Below are positions 12,165-24,432 of a DNA stretch of 64,000 nt, one piece after another (position 1 is the stretch's first letter; each line of letters starts with the position of its first letter). The DNA lies in assembly GCA_964016885.1 (NCBI GenBank), contig OZ024740.1:359910001-359974000 (forward strand), read 5' to 3'. This DNA comes from Eledone cirrhosa (taxonomy: Eukaryota). The notes beneath the pieces are model-generated. The model saw only the letters and a program-made list of their open reading frames with translations, did no database searches and was not told the DNA's origin. The position numbers and the translations under genes were made by a program.

Positions 12165-12512
12165 ACGAGAAGTGTGTTATACAGTGAGCTGTACATTCTA
12201 CTGTATATTAGCTTTCTCTCTATCCATGAGGTTAGATGTGTCGTGAACAGTATCCACATTTGCTGACTGAGGATCCTGTGGTCTGTTATACTGCACATGT
12301 CGGTGGTGAAACGAAGCGAGATTCGTATCAGCAAACCTATAGTTATAAGATTGGTAATTTAAAACTCTGATTCAGAGATTTGATTCTGACTTAGTTTTTT
12401 TCTATTTAATTGCTAAACCTGTAGATATTGTTCTCTATACAGTAACGGTAAAACTCACTTGTAATAATTCTTTACACACATCTCATTGTGTAACACACTT
12501 CTCTTTGTGTAA
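12158..12512 (+). mobile_element. Nested hammerhead-bearing unit with about 33-bp inverted arms
   Basis: ACACAACGAGAAGTGTGTTATACAGTGAGCTGT (about 12160-12193) versus ACATCTCATTGTGTAACACACTTCTCTTTGTGT (about 12478-12510); encloses the ribozyme at 12259-12335. Confidence 0.65.
12259..12335 (+). ncRNA. Type I hammerhead ribozyme (HHR1)
   Basis: TTTGCTGA-CTGAGGA-[34-nt irregular stem II, T.T then CC/GG]-GAAA-CGAA-GCGAGA-TTCG-TA-TCAGCAAA; 8-bp stem I, 5-bp stem III, GUA site at 12325-12327. Confidence 0.78.
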
Positions 12513-12618
12513 TATATTTGCATTTGAGCTCAGAAGAAAATTCTCGATTCTTCTTTGAGCTAATATTATTATTATTATTACTGTGAACTGCGGAATACTC
12601 TTAATTCCGATCTTTGTA

Positions 12619-12655
<37 letters not shown>

Positions 12656-12801
12656 CACACACACATATATATATATATATTTATATATATTCTTTACCGA
12701 TATAAAAGACACAGAAGCGAAAAGCGAAAACCAACCAAACAGTGAGTGTGTTCTGTTATTAATTCTGGCAATATTACACAAATATGACCCTCCCCAAGTA
12801 T

Positions 12802-12836
<35 letters not shown>

Positions 12837-13186
12837 TAAACGGGCTGTGTAGTTGCTGGATGAGGAATACTTATAAAAAGAGGAAAGCAAGAACGGGAGA
12901 AAACTTCCCTTCATCAGTTGTCTGGTGGGAGTTTTTGACATTTCAACGCATTAAAGACAATATGTCTCACCCCAGCGCGTCAATAACTCAAGGAAGTTAT
13001 TGGGGAAAAAGGGAAAGAGGGAAAAAAATAGTAACAGAAAGGAAGAGGGAAGAAAAAGGAAAAAAATACCGATATATATACCCGTTGTTGTTATTTACTT
13101 TTCCAATATATATATAATTTATCAAACCAATGTGGTATTTCAACCCTCGTAATTTTAGACACACAATTTACTGTGTTTATTTCTAC

Positions 13187-13229
<43 letters not shown>

Positions 13230-13767
13230 CGATTTTTTTTTTCTATCTTCCCTCACTTTCTCTCTGAAAACATAAACACACGCAATTACCTCACCCCACG
13301 CAGACTACAGTGTTTTTGTGTGCGCGTGGGGAGAATTATTTGGTAGAAACCAGTACAGTGTAAGTTAGAAACAAAGGAATAAAAACGAGAATATAGTAAT
13401 ACAAATAATTAAAAAAATAGTTTACACTTTCCAGAGGAGTTCGCCCCGCCAACTCCACCATATTCCATTTCCTTTCTTTTGAAAATCAAAAGGGTCCGAG
13501 TCCCAAAATATGAAATGTAAGCTGAAAATGGAAACTATAGTTTCGTTTGTCTTTACTCTCGTTTTTACTTCTATATTTCTACTTGCAGCCGAAATTATTG
13601 CAATATATAAAAAAAAACAAGCAAACACTCACTGTCTGATATGTTGGATATTTCATTCTGGAGCCTCTTGTCTGTTGGATACGTTTTTCTACAAATAGAA
13701 ATAAGCAGTTAAAACAGCCGTAGTATTTTTTTTTTTTTTTTTAATGTTAAGTGACAACATTATTCTT

Positions 13768-14386
13768 AATCCCGCCGAGGTTAGCTTTGCCTTTCATCCT
13801 TACGGGGTCGATAAGATAAAGTACCAGTAATGCACTGGGGTCGATTTAATCACCTTTCTCCTCCCTCAAAATTTCTGGCCTTGTGCCTAAACCAGAAACC
13901 ATTATTGTAAAAACCAGTGACAGCAACAACAACAACAGCAGCAGCAACATCACGGGAAAAGTATGAAACTATTTTGCCGCTGCTAAATATTTCTCAACAT
14001 CACCATCACAAGAACAACAAAAGAGAATAATGGTTTCTGATTTAGGCACAAGGCCAACAATTTTTGGGGCGGGGAAAATCGATTAAATCGACCCCAGTGC
14101 GTTATTGGTACTTTATTTTATCGACTCCGTAAGGATGAAAGGCATAGCTAACCTCGGCGAGATTTGAACTCAGAACGTAAAGGGCCGTAACTCTATGTCT
14201 CAAAACATGTTGTCCGACGCTCTACCGATATTGAGAGAATAATGGTTTCTAGTATAGGCACAAGGCTAGTAATTTTGGGGGGAGGGGAAAGTCGATTAAA
14301 TCGACTCCAGTACGTTACTGGTGCTTTATTTCATCGACCTCGTAAGGATGAAACTATAAAGTTAACCTTGGCGGGATTTGAACTCA
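13768..14386. mobile_element. Cluster of three SINE family A copies (13768-13905 +, 14028-14232 -, 14240-14386 -)
   Basis: Family A central block GCCTTTCATCCTTACGGGGTCGATAA or its reverse complement in each. Confidence 0.85.
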
Positions 14387-14689
14387 ATATTGAAAGAATA
14401 ATGACAACAAAAAGCAACAACAATAATAGCAAGAACACTGCCGCCTCCACTACCACCACCAATACTACTGCAACAACAAATATAAGAGAAGCAAACAACA
14501 AAAATAATATCAACAACAAAATCAACAATAAAAGAAATAACAAAACATTTGCAGCAACAGCTGGTCCAAGCGGCCAAATTAATTAAAGTACAAAAAGAAT
14601 GGGCTGGCGTAGCCCTCCTCCCTCCCTCACCGAGGTGTTGGCAGCGTGACCAAAGACTAGTCAACCACATAAATCCCAGAAATATTTGA

Positions 14690-14733
14690 CTTTAATGAAA
14701 GTCAGCTCTATTTGGAGCTGACTTTCATTAAAG
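14690..14733. repeat. Perfect 19-bp inverted repeat with 6-nt spacer
   Basis: CTTTAATGAAAGTCAGCTC-TATTTG-GAGCTGACTTTCATTAAAG. Confidence 0.9.
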
Positions 14734-15268
14734 CTAAAGTACGAACCTACAAGTGAATGCTACTTCTACACCACCACACCACCTCTAGCTGATTAGTAAC
14801 TATTCACTCTCCCAATAGATTTAAAACTCTGACCTTTACAGGTGTTCGAGCTGATATCAATCGCATTAATCACATCAAAAACTAACAATAAAACCCCAGA
14901 AAGTACAACAATACACTATACATAGTTACAGTACACCACAGTACATAGTACAATACACTAGATAGTAGGCTTCATGGTATTCGTAACCTCTCAAATCACG
15001 ACGTAGTCGTTTTCATCCTTTTAAGATCGATAAAGTACCACCAGTACAGTACTTGGGTTGATTCTTCTTCTTCCTCTCTCTTTCATTCAAAGAAATCGGT
15101 TATGTTCAGACCTGGAGAGGGATGGGCTCCACCAGGTTTATAATGTCCAAGATACGTTCCTACGAATCCATCCGGAGATAAGAGCTCATAGCATGGCCGT
15201 GGACACCAGATAGTGCTACAGTACACCACAGTACAAATGATTCTTCTTCTTCTTTATTATTATTATTA

Positions 15269-16177
15269 TGAGTTCAAATCCCGCTGAGGTTAGCTTTGCC
15301 TTTCATGCTTTCGGGGTCGATAAAATAAAGCTCCAGTAATGCACTGGGGTCAATTTCATCGACTCCTCGCCCCCTTCAAATTGCTGGCCTTGTGCCTACA
15401 GTAGAAACAATTATTATTATTATTATTCAGTCCTTGATATAAACAAAGATGTAATGGTCAGCATTGGAACGCCTTTGATCATAGAACTGTCCAATCAGAG
15501 CTGACCTAGAGAAAAATAAAATTTTAAACGAAAACAAACAAAATATACACTCAAAACGAAACGTTTGAGTTTGACTTTAAAAACAAATGTATATTATTCC
15601 TTTACATTCCCAATATCCCGCATTTGAAAAATGTTATTCCTTAGTTATGTGTTGTTTCCTGATTTACTTGGTTTCGTAAAATTCCAGAACTAAAGTTACA
15701 TACAATGGACCTATATAATACATTGACTTGTTGGAATGTAAAACATGATTCGTTCTCTAAACAAACAAATTGTTCTCTAGTTGCGAATGGGTCTCTTTAA
15801 ACAGCAACGTAATCAACATTGAGATGAATGAATCAACATGGGAGCCCTTAGTGACTATTAGACCTGCTAGAAATAGCAGTCAGATTTACATAAAAAGCAC
15901 AGCTTTGATAAGGCATTATTAGATGCCTTTCCACCAAACGACGGGATGATCTCGACTGGAATACTTTTCATTTGGCAGTATCGGTAGAGCGTCGGACAAC
16001 ATACTTTGCCGCATAGTTACAGCCCTTTACGTTCTGAGTTCAAATTCCGTCGAGGTTAGCTTTGCCTTTTATCCTTACGTGGTCGATAAATAAAGCACCA
16101 GTAATACACTGGGTCGATTTTATCGACTTTCCCCTCCCCCAAAAATTGTTAGTCTTGTGCCTAAATCAGAAATCATT
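15269..16177 (+). mobile_element. Two SINE family A copies (15269-15425, 15972-16177)
   Basis: B box GAGTTCAAAT, central block and AGAAAC/ATT tail. Confidence 0.85.
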
Positions 16178-17065
16178 CTAAGTCTATTCGGCATTTTGAT
16201 GACTGATGTAAAATAAAGAGTAAGTATATTTTCGTTGTTATTTGCAGAACCATTGAAGTACAATCAACTTACTAAACACTTGTTAAATGAAATCCCTCAT
16301 TAAAAAAAAGAAACGGTTGAGAATCGCACCCCTTTACTTTTTGTATTCAAATTAATGTGTAAGCCAATTCGTATTTTAATCTTCGGGGAGTTGGACAAAT
16401 TATGAACTGGACTCGATACAATATAGTATATACTTCCCTAACAGATGTGGAGAGTTGGCACAACAAAAAAGCAATACAAGGCCGGGCTAAATATTGTACA
16501 TTTGTGGAGCTTAGAATTCAAATCTTGTTTGGTTGTCTTTACCATTTACTTTACTGGATCGATAATATATATATCTAATATTTTTTATTGATTTCTAACA
16601 TTTTAACACAAAAGAAAGTAAGCAAACAGAAAGAAATACACGAACAATATCAAAAGCAACAACAAAACCAAAATATAAACGTTCAAACATAACCCTGTCA
16701 CCAATTTCAGTGTTGTTCGAAATAGCAACAGGGATTTGATGGCGAGTAAAGGGGAGAACTTCAATGAACTCTTTTCCAAAACGCCATGAAACACACTGCT
16801 TACACACAGACACAACTTACATGCACTTATAAACTAAATACCTCTAAGGCATTAGTGTTTTTAGGAAAATCCAAAATAAAACGACTATAAACGAGTTATT
16901 TTGGAACAAACGAGCAGACCAGATCAATTGGCCTTCTCAAGGAACAAGGTAAGTTACCTCTTCATATCTTATTTTTCATCGATAAACATAGCTACAATTA
17001 GAGTAGGTCGGCTTGGAAGCAATGTCGCTCTTTAGTTGGCGACTGAAAATGCACTCTGTGATTGT

Positions 17066-17268
17066 GTGAGGTTAGCCCATAAGAGAAGGTGGTTTTATGA
17101 GGTTAGACCATACGACTGGTGGTTATGAGGTTAGCCCATAAGACTAGTGGTTATGAGGTTAGTCCATAAGAGCAGGTGGTTATGAGGTTAGACCATAAGA
17201 CTAGTGGTTATGAGGTTAGTCCATAAGACTAGTGGTTATGAGGTCAGTCCATAAGACTAGTAGTATGA
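17066..17268. repeat. 28-bp minisatellite, about 7 copies
   Basis: Unit ATGAGGTTAGTCCATAAGACTAGTGGTT repeated head-to-tail with no spacers. Confidence 0.92.
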
Positions 17269-18089
17269 TACGTGGCTGGTTTGCCATTCAGTGGGATAAT
17301 GAATTTTCTCATGTAATCTATAATGGCCATGAAATTGATTTTAATATCTTTGAAAACAGATTGTATTGTTCTCCAGTGAATCTATACTCATATTTAGATT
17401 ATGGATTCTTCGTTGATTTCGACGATGAGCAATTCATTATTCGATCAACTGAACATTCTACTCGTTAAATTAAAGTATAAGTGATCATGTATTCTGCAAA
17501 CAGGTGTACTCATCACAGAATTCACACGCAGAATCAGTGTGACACAGTGTGATAAGGTTGAGCCATTGAATTTACAGGTACAGTCCATCAGACAGGTTTC
17601 CACATAGTTTTCGTCTGGCCAATTTCGATCACATGTTTGAGTCGACCCGAAGCTATTGTAAAAGATGTCACGCAGTATGATTGAACCAGGAGCCTCAATA
17701 TTGTGAAGTGAACTTCTAAACCACTCATCCATGTCTCTATATCGACACATATTTACATAGCTCAGGTTTTACGATATCGAACACTCTTGTGACAATTCGT
17801 TTATATATCGATAAGGGTGGCTGTGTGTGTGTGGGGGGGGGGGGGGGATACAGTATTTTGTTATTTAAAACTTTAGACGTTCAGACGCTGTTAAAACCCC
17901 TTTTGAATTGGACCAAACTCGTGACTGACCTATTAAAGCTACTAACGACAAAGAGAAATTAACTCGTGTTTAATCTAAAGTAAATAGAATGAGGGGGAAT
18001 TTATGACAAGTATGTGTGAGTACGCGTGAAAGTGTATGTGAGTAGGTGTGAAAATGTGTGTGCGTGTGGGGGAAATAGAATGGGCCACC

Positions 18090-18340
18090 AACAGTTTCGA
18101 CGAAGAGTAATTTAGTTGTTCGATTAACAGAACTGCTTGCTCATTAAATTAACGTGGGAGTGGCGGAGCATATCATAGATACATGTACCCTTAACATAAT
18201 TCTCAGGGAGATCCAGTTTTAATTACAAGGCTTGGGTCGAACTGTGGCTATAGTAAATGACACATGCCCAAGATGCTACGCTGTGAGTTCGAACCCGGGA
18301 TCAAATGATTGCTGAGCGAACTTCTTGATCATTCGGTCAT
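18090..18340 (-). mobile_element. CORE-like SINE family B, decayed
   Basis: GTTTCGACG...AAATTAACGTG...ACATGCCCAAG...TTCGAACCC matches other family B copies. Confidence 0.65.
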
Positions 18341-18598
18341 TCTGTGTCGACGTGTGTGTGATTGATGCTTGGTGGATTAGTATAAATCAACAGTGACTTT
18401 TAGTTTATTTGCTACCTGAATGACAATGAGTGATTGTTCTAAAGGTGATATTGTGAGTGTGTGTGTGTGAGTGTGAGGGCGTGCGTGTGTGCATGAGAGA
18501 GGGGGGAATTGTATCAAGGGGAAAAAGTAAGATGATAAAAATTAGGGAGTAGAATGACCTTGAGTGTAGGAAAGTATGAGAGCCAGTGCGTGTGTGTG

Positions 18599-18601
<3 letters not shown>

Positions 18602-18668
<67 letters not shown>
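18602..18668. repeat. (GA)n microsatellite
   Basis: Direct reading. Confidence 0.97.
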
Positions 18669-18672
<4 letters not shown>

Positions 18673-19944
18673 GGAAAGAAAGAGAAAGAGAGCGATAGTG
18701 TGAGTGAAGGGACAATGAAGAGATAGAGAAAAAGTGATAGAGAGAAAAGGGACAGAAACAGAGAGAGCGGGGAGACAGCTGAATGTAAAGCGTGAAAAGA
18801 AAGCTGAGAACAACTGGAACACTCATCGTCTAAAACGGCGGAGCTCCATTCCATTCCTTCTGAGATTTCATTAGCCAATGTGACCTTATTTATTTAAACA
18901 ATATGGTATGATTTAAGGCATATTTAGATGTTATTTCTAACAAGGCGAGCAACGAGTAGAAATTTCTTCGTTGAATTAATGTGCTAGTGTAATGGTATAG
19001 GAGAAAGACTTTAGCAATCTATGGGGCATCAGTTGTGGTAATGGCTGTAGTAGGGTAGTTTAGGTTGTAGTAGTGTGGTAGTGGTGAACAATAGCTGCAG
19101 TAGGTGGTGGCTAATGTGATGTTGACAGTAGCTTTAGTATTGTTGTATTTGTTGTTATTTAGCTCCAGGTGATCCCCGATCGAGTAGATCTATGATCAAA
19201 GGACATTCTAGCTGTAATCAGCCTGACTTTTTGTAAATTAAGAACTATATTATTCAATGTGTCCTTCGTTCTCCTTTAAGACTAGAGTGGGATTTGAGGG
19301 AAATTTAGCTGTTTTTTTTAGGTCAAAAACTATGTAGCGGTCATTGGTTCGTAATGACATGGTGGTGATTGTAGCTGAAGTGGTGTATAAAATTGGCCGT
19401 ACAGGTGTGGTGTTTTTTGTATGAATATGTTTGTTCGTGTTAAACTCCAAAGTCAGCTTTAGTTGAACAAATCTATGGTCAGAATTGTTTCAGCCGTGAT
19501 TACCTCATCATTTTGTGTTTCGAGGTCTACATTATACAATGTATCCATCCCTTTTAAGGACAGTAGAATGTGATTTGAGGTAATCATACTGTTATTTCTA
19601 GTTCGAGTAACAATACAGAGGCTAGATTGTTGTTTTGATTATGGTCTTTTCTTCGAATGTTTTAATGGCTTAGTTAGAGAAAGGGCACTCATCGGGGACC
19701 CGTAACTGGTGGAAGATTGTTTTTTTCGTGGCCTAAAATTTATTTCACTATTTGAATTGTGTATTGGTGTTCGTTATTGTGTTTGTATATTTGTGGCAGT
19801 GGTGGTGGTGGTAGTAACGATGACGATAACGATGGTAGTAATGATGATGATAATGTGGAGGAAGGGGAGGAGGGGGTTCTATTTGGGAGGTCCGGGAGAA
19901 GTGGCAGTGCCCATGTCTTTCGCAGACCCCCCCCCCCCCCCCAA

Positions 19945-20290
19945 GGCGCGAGAAATTGATGCCGTTGAAGTTCTGTTTAAATCGTTGCATGTTTACAACT
20001 TTTGAAAAGACATGATCAGGGAGAGAGTTCCAGAGGGACGGCGTTCTGGGCAGGAAGGACTGGTCATGTGGTATAGTGCAGGGCCTGAGACCTTGGAGGT
20101 TGGACACAATGTTGTTGATGAGAGAGGAGTACGTAGGGAGTGTCTGAGTGGAAGTGGCATCAGTTCAACAAGCTACTTTGAACAGAAACTAATGTAGTAA
20201 CAGTAGAAGAGGCAGGAAATGGAGGAAGTATATCTGTGGGCGAGAGGGTGGAGCATGTCAAAGAGAGACTTTAAGCCGATTAACAACAGC
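19945..20290 (-). pseudogene. L2/Crack-like (CR1 group) LINE 3' fragment
   Basis: QSFLPRTPSLWNSLPDHVFSKVVNMQRFK, with upstream LAHR...CLFYCYY; typical C-terminus of CR1/L2-group ORF2. Confidence 0.7.
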
Positions 20291-21769
20291 AGCACCGCCC
20301 CAGATGTAGTAGCAGTACTCCATTGGGGATTTCATCTGGTCATGGTGATAATGTGGATGATGAGGACGGCGACAACCAGGGGACTTGTTTGCCTTTAAAA
20401 TGTGAGGGGGACATAAGAATCAACATTTGTTGATTCTTAAAGGAACATAAATTGCTTATGGTTCCTTTCCCGGACCCTATCACATAAGTAAAATGTTAAG
20501 CTAATTAAATTTTATATATTCAAATGAAGTTCAGATATAAAAAAATAAGCTTAAAAAGAATTTATCAAATAAACAAAAAATAAAGTATAGACGTTTGAAA
20601 AAGTGTGTATGTGTGGGGGTCCCCTGGTACCCCTCTGAAACAATGCCCTTGGCGACAACCAATAATTCTACCACCACCATGATGTTGTTGTTGCTGGTGG
20701 TGATGGTGTTGGTGATGTTGTTGGTGGTGGTGGTGTTGATGGTGGTGATGTTGTTGTTGTTGTTGGTGGTGGTGGCTTTACATCTAAAAACTCCAACAAA
20801 CAACAGTAACACAAAACAAACTGTATAGAAACCGGTTAAATAGCCATATTCGTGGTTATTGCTATTCACACAGCAATGACAATACGCGACCACCGTGTCC
20901 CGTTATTTGTAAAACGCCTGTTAACACAAATGGCGACCTTGTTGAATCAAAACCCACCCAAACCCAACACTTGCTCCGGTTGGCCTCGTTTGTCATTGTC
21001 CTTAAAAGGGTCCAATGATTCAATCTTTTGTGCTGTTCAGTATAAAACTCGGTAAGTATTTTTCAGTAAAAAAAACAAAAAAACGTGATTTATTCTTTTA
21101 CCTGGTCTTTCGGTGTAGATGTGTCAGTATTTGGGTGTATGTGCATGTGCCTGTATGTACGAGTCTGTGTATCTATATATGAGTATGTAAGTGCATGTGT
21201 CAGTTAGTGCATGTGTCTGCCTTTTGTGTATTTGTGTGTGTGTGTGTATGTGTGTGTGTGTGCGTGCGTGTATGATTCTTTATGGGTTTGTATATTTTCA
21301 TGCGCAGACGCGTGTGTAAAGGTTTCTAGTTCAATATATGTGAGTTTGTGTATGTTTAGGTGTGTGTGCAAGTGTATGCACATGTATATGCATATGTATG
21401 TGTAAGTGGGTGTTTAGGAGTTTGTTAATGTGTGTAGTTAGGTATGAATACATTTAAATGCGCGTGCTTTTGTGTATATATGTAGATGTGTGTATTAGCA
21501 TTCGTTAATATTTTAAAATCTGGCCAGAACGAGTAAAACTATGCTTCGCTGGGGAGGTCTAAAAGGATTAAAATATTGCCAGAGTTGTTATTGTACATAC
21601 AAAGACCAAATTCACGTCCCACTGTATGTCTCCAATTAATTTTAAATCATTTTGGATTTCAGAGTTATGTCCCTTGCTTTTCTCGATAAGAATTATCATA
21701 AACGCTAATGATTTTGTTTTTCATTATGAGTGTAATTTTAATTATACAATTGAGTGCTGCTTTCATAAC

Positions 21770-22160
21770 AAGGCCGATACTGCTGCTACACACAGGGGCT
21801 TCCGAGAACCGCATCCAAAGAATGACCACTCATCTGATTGGCATAAAGTCACTCACAGACACTCTTCAGCATCTCGCCCAGACATGCTGACTCCTCTCTC
21901 TATCTTTTCTACTGCTACTATTAAGGACTCTGCTCCTCCAAGTTGGCTAGTCACTTGCCATCTCTGCTGAAGCACTCTCGACCAATTCGTCTCCCTTCCT
22001 CTCATTTCTCATATTGGATTCAACTCCTTTAGGCGTAGCAATTACACACCAGTCATTCCTCGCCATAACGTCGTCGTTCTGGAAATTTCCCTCTGCACGT
22101 ATCTTTTCAGCATTCGGTGACTTACAACATTTTAGGCGGATCGCTAAAGGCATTGTATAT
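21770..22160 (+). pseudogene. L2/Crack-like LINE 3' fragment (second copy)
   Basis: RIQRMTTHLIGIKSLTDTLQHLA / LFYCYY*GLCSSKLA / QSFLAITSSFWK...DLQHF, homologous to 19945-20290. Confidence 0.68.
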
Positions 22161-22698
22161 ATTCCGATGAAGGCTTATCCACATTTTTTTAAACATAATA
22201 CTTGAAGTAACAGCCAAAAACAGTTTATGAATTTGATTCTATATAAACGGTAGTTATATATCTTTATTACCTCCAAAGTCCATTGGCACTTCCACTTCCT
22301 CCAGACCTAACTGATAAATGATTCTAAATAATTATGTGATCCCTAATTAACTATTTGTATATTGTGTTAGTTGTATGTGTAAATGAGCGTGTGTGTGTGT
22401 GTGTGTAATACATGTGTGTCTTGCTCAAGGACATAACGCATTGCTCGGTCCGTGAATCATAACCTCACGATTGCGAATCCAATTCTCTAACCGCTCAGCC
22501 ATGCGCCTTCACACACACACACACATATATACACGCGCGCACGCGCGCACACACACACACACGCACGCAATTTCTCTGTCTGTCTGTCCGACAGTGGAAA
22601 CACGTGCGCGCGTGCGAATGTTTTTTGCGCACGCGTAGAGAGAGAGACTACAAGAGGGGGATAGCGGGAGGGAGAGAGGGGGGAATTGAGGAGTGCTA

Positions 22699-22783
22699 CA
22701 GAAAAATATATACATTTCTGTGTGTGTGTAATATATATATATATACACACACAGAAATATATATATATACATTTCTGTGTGTG

Positions 22784-22832
<49 letters not shown>

Positions 22833-22848
22833 GAAATATATATATATT

Positions 22849-22879
<31 letters not shown>

Positions 22880-22925
22880 TACACACACAGAAATGTATAT
22901 ATATATACACACAGAAATATATATA
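22699..22925. repeat. Palindromic compound satellite ATTTCTGTGTGTG-(TA)n-CACACAGAAAT
   Basis: Three units here; further units at 23473-23563 and 30276-30294 flank the Helitron. Confidence 0.85.
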
Positions 22926-23161
22926 CATCCCTTAGCTACTGTACTGTATCTGTTTCTATCTCTCTCTCTCTCCAGCTATCCCTCTCTTTTAGTCTGTCTG
23001 TTTCTCTCACTCTTACTCTTTCTCTTTGTAACACACTAACATTCCTCCCCTCTATCGCTGTGACGAATGGGGAGATGGAGGAGGAGGAGAGAGTCACTTC
23101 GTCACTTCACCTCTGCCTTTCTTTCTCTCCCCTCTCACTCCCTCATTACGTACAGACATTA

Positions 23162-23354
23162 GGGCGGTGGATTGGCAGAATCTGTAGAGAGTCGGACACC
23201 ATGCTTCATAGCATGGAGTTACGTCCCTTTACGGTCTGAGTTCAAATACCGCCGAGGTTAACTTTGCCTTTCATCCTCACGGGGTCGATAACATAAAGTA
23301 CCAGTAATGTACTGGGTAATTGCTGGCCTTGTGACAAAAGTAGAAACAATTATT
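23162..23354 (+). mobile_element. SINE family A
   Basis: Full copy GGGCGGTGGATTGGCAG...GTAGAAACAATTATT. Confidence 0.9.
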
Positions 23355-23563
23355 AGAAACATTGCTTCATTTTTACATATCTAAGCATTAGTAAAATAAC
23401 TAATAATTTCAAAAGTAATTTTTCAATTCCAATTGTTATGAACAGCAAAACATTAATAATAATTTTGTTCTAAGAAATATATATACATTTCTGTGTGTGT
23501 AATATATATATATATATACACACAGAAATATATATACATTTCTGTGTGTGTAATATATATATA

Positions 23564-24339
23564 CTAGCTAAATGACCCGGCGTTGCCCGGGTTACTGCTG
23601 TTTTTATTCAGATTAGGAAACAATAAATATGAAGAATTTTTTTTTCTCATATTCACTTTACATAAAATATGTCAAAGTTGTAATGATAATAGAATTTAGA
23701 AATAAAATCTCTTCAACCCGGTTTTACCATCTTCTTTTCTCAACCAAGAAACCAACAAAAATCACAAAAAGGGAACACAAAAAAAATATATATATTAAGA
23801 ATAGCAAACAGAAATCGTAATAAATTTTCTGTCGAAAACAAAAAACAGCCAAAAAACAGTTTTTTTTTAACGGATGATAAAGTACTGTAAAGTTGTTGGA
23901 AGAGCCTGATAGAATGAGATGAGCAACAGCCAGAAGCACAGCAGCAGCAGTATTTCGAACTGTCCACCATTTAGGGTCGTAATCTTCAGTTTCGATATCA
24001 GATTTATGAGAGAGGTATATCGTGAATTATTGAGTTTTATCGATTTTTTTGCGTAATTGGGGATCAATTTTAAATATATAAATTCTGCATGACCAAATTG
24101 AAGCTATTTCGAATATTGATAAGTAATTTTCCATTGAAAGAGGTGTTTTTTTTTAATCGTATAGAAAAGGAACATGCACACACACTCGCTTTTATAGATA
24201 ATTGTTTCTACTTTTGGCACAAGGCCAGCAATTAACCAGTGTATTACTGGTACTTTATTTTATCGACCCCGGAAGGATGAAAGGCAAAGTTAACCTCGGC
24301 GGGATTTGAACTCAGACCATAAAGGGCCGTAGATAATGA
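23564..24339 (-). mobile_element. Non-autonomous Helitron forming the 3' end of the large element, with nested SINE
   Basis: Removing the SINE (24203-24329, TSD TAGATAAT) gives a minus-strand start A|TCATTATCTATAAAAG at 24339; the same terminus and internal blocks recur at 39500-39696. Confidence 0.68.
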
Positions 24340-24432
24340 TATATATATATATATATCTGTATGTGAGTGTGTGTATGTGTTTGTATATATATAAACTCTT
24401 TTTGTGTTAAATCATCTCAGTGGTAATGCACG

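Larger units (their letters stand above)
11577..12808. mobile_element. Non-autonomous element with about 113-bp inverted terminal arms, flanked by (TA)n
   Basis: 11577-11689 (TTGTTATACTTGGGGAGGGTCATATTTG...TATCGGTAA) is the reverse complement of 12694-12808 with about 2 mismatches. Confidence 0.8.

Noticed and set aside
12895-12960. Minus-strand CTGATGAAGGGAAG...CTCCC as a hammerhead
   Set aside because: No GAAA follows the putative stem II and no consistent stem I/III; at most a PLE-like LTR remnant
14600-14880. Third L2/Crack-like fragment
   Set aside because: Only faint similarity to 19945-20290 and 21770-22160; too decayed to call by eye
17066-17268. CRISPR-like 28-bp repeats
   Set aside because: Units are contiguous with no unique spacers, there are no cas genes, and the context is eukaryotic
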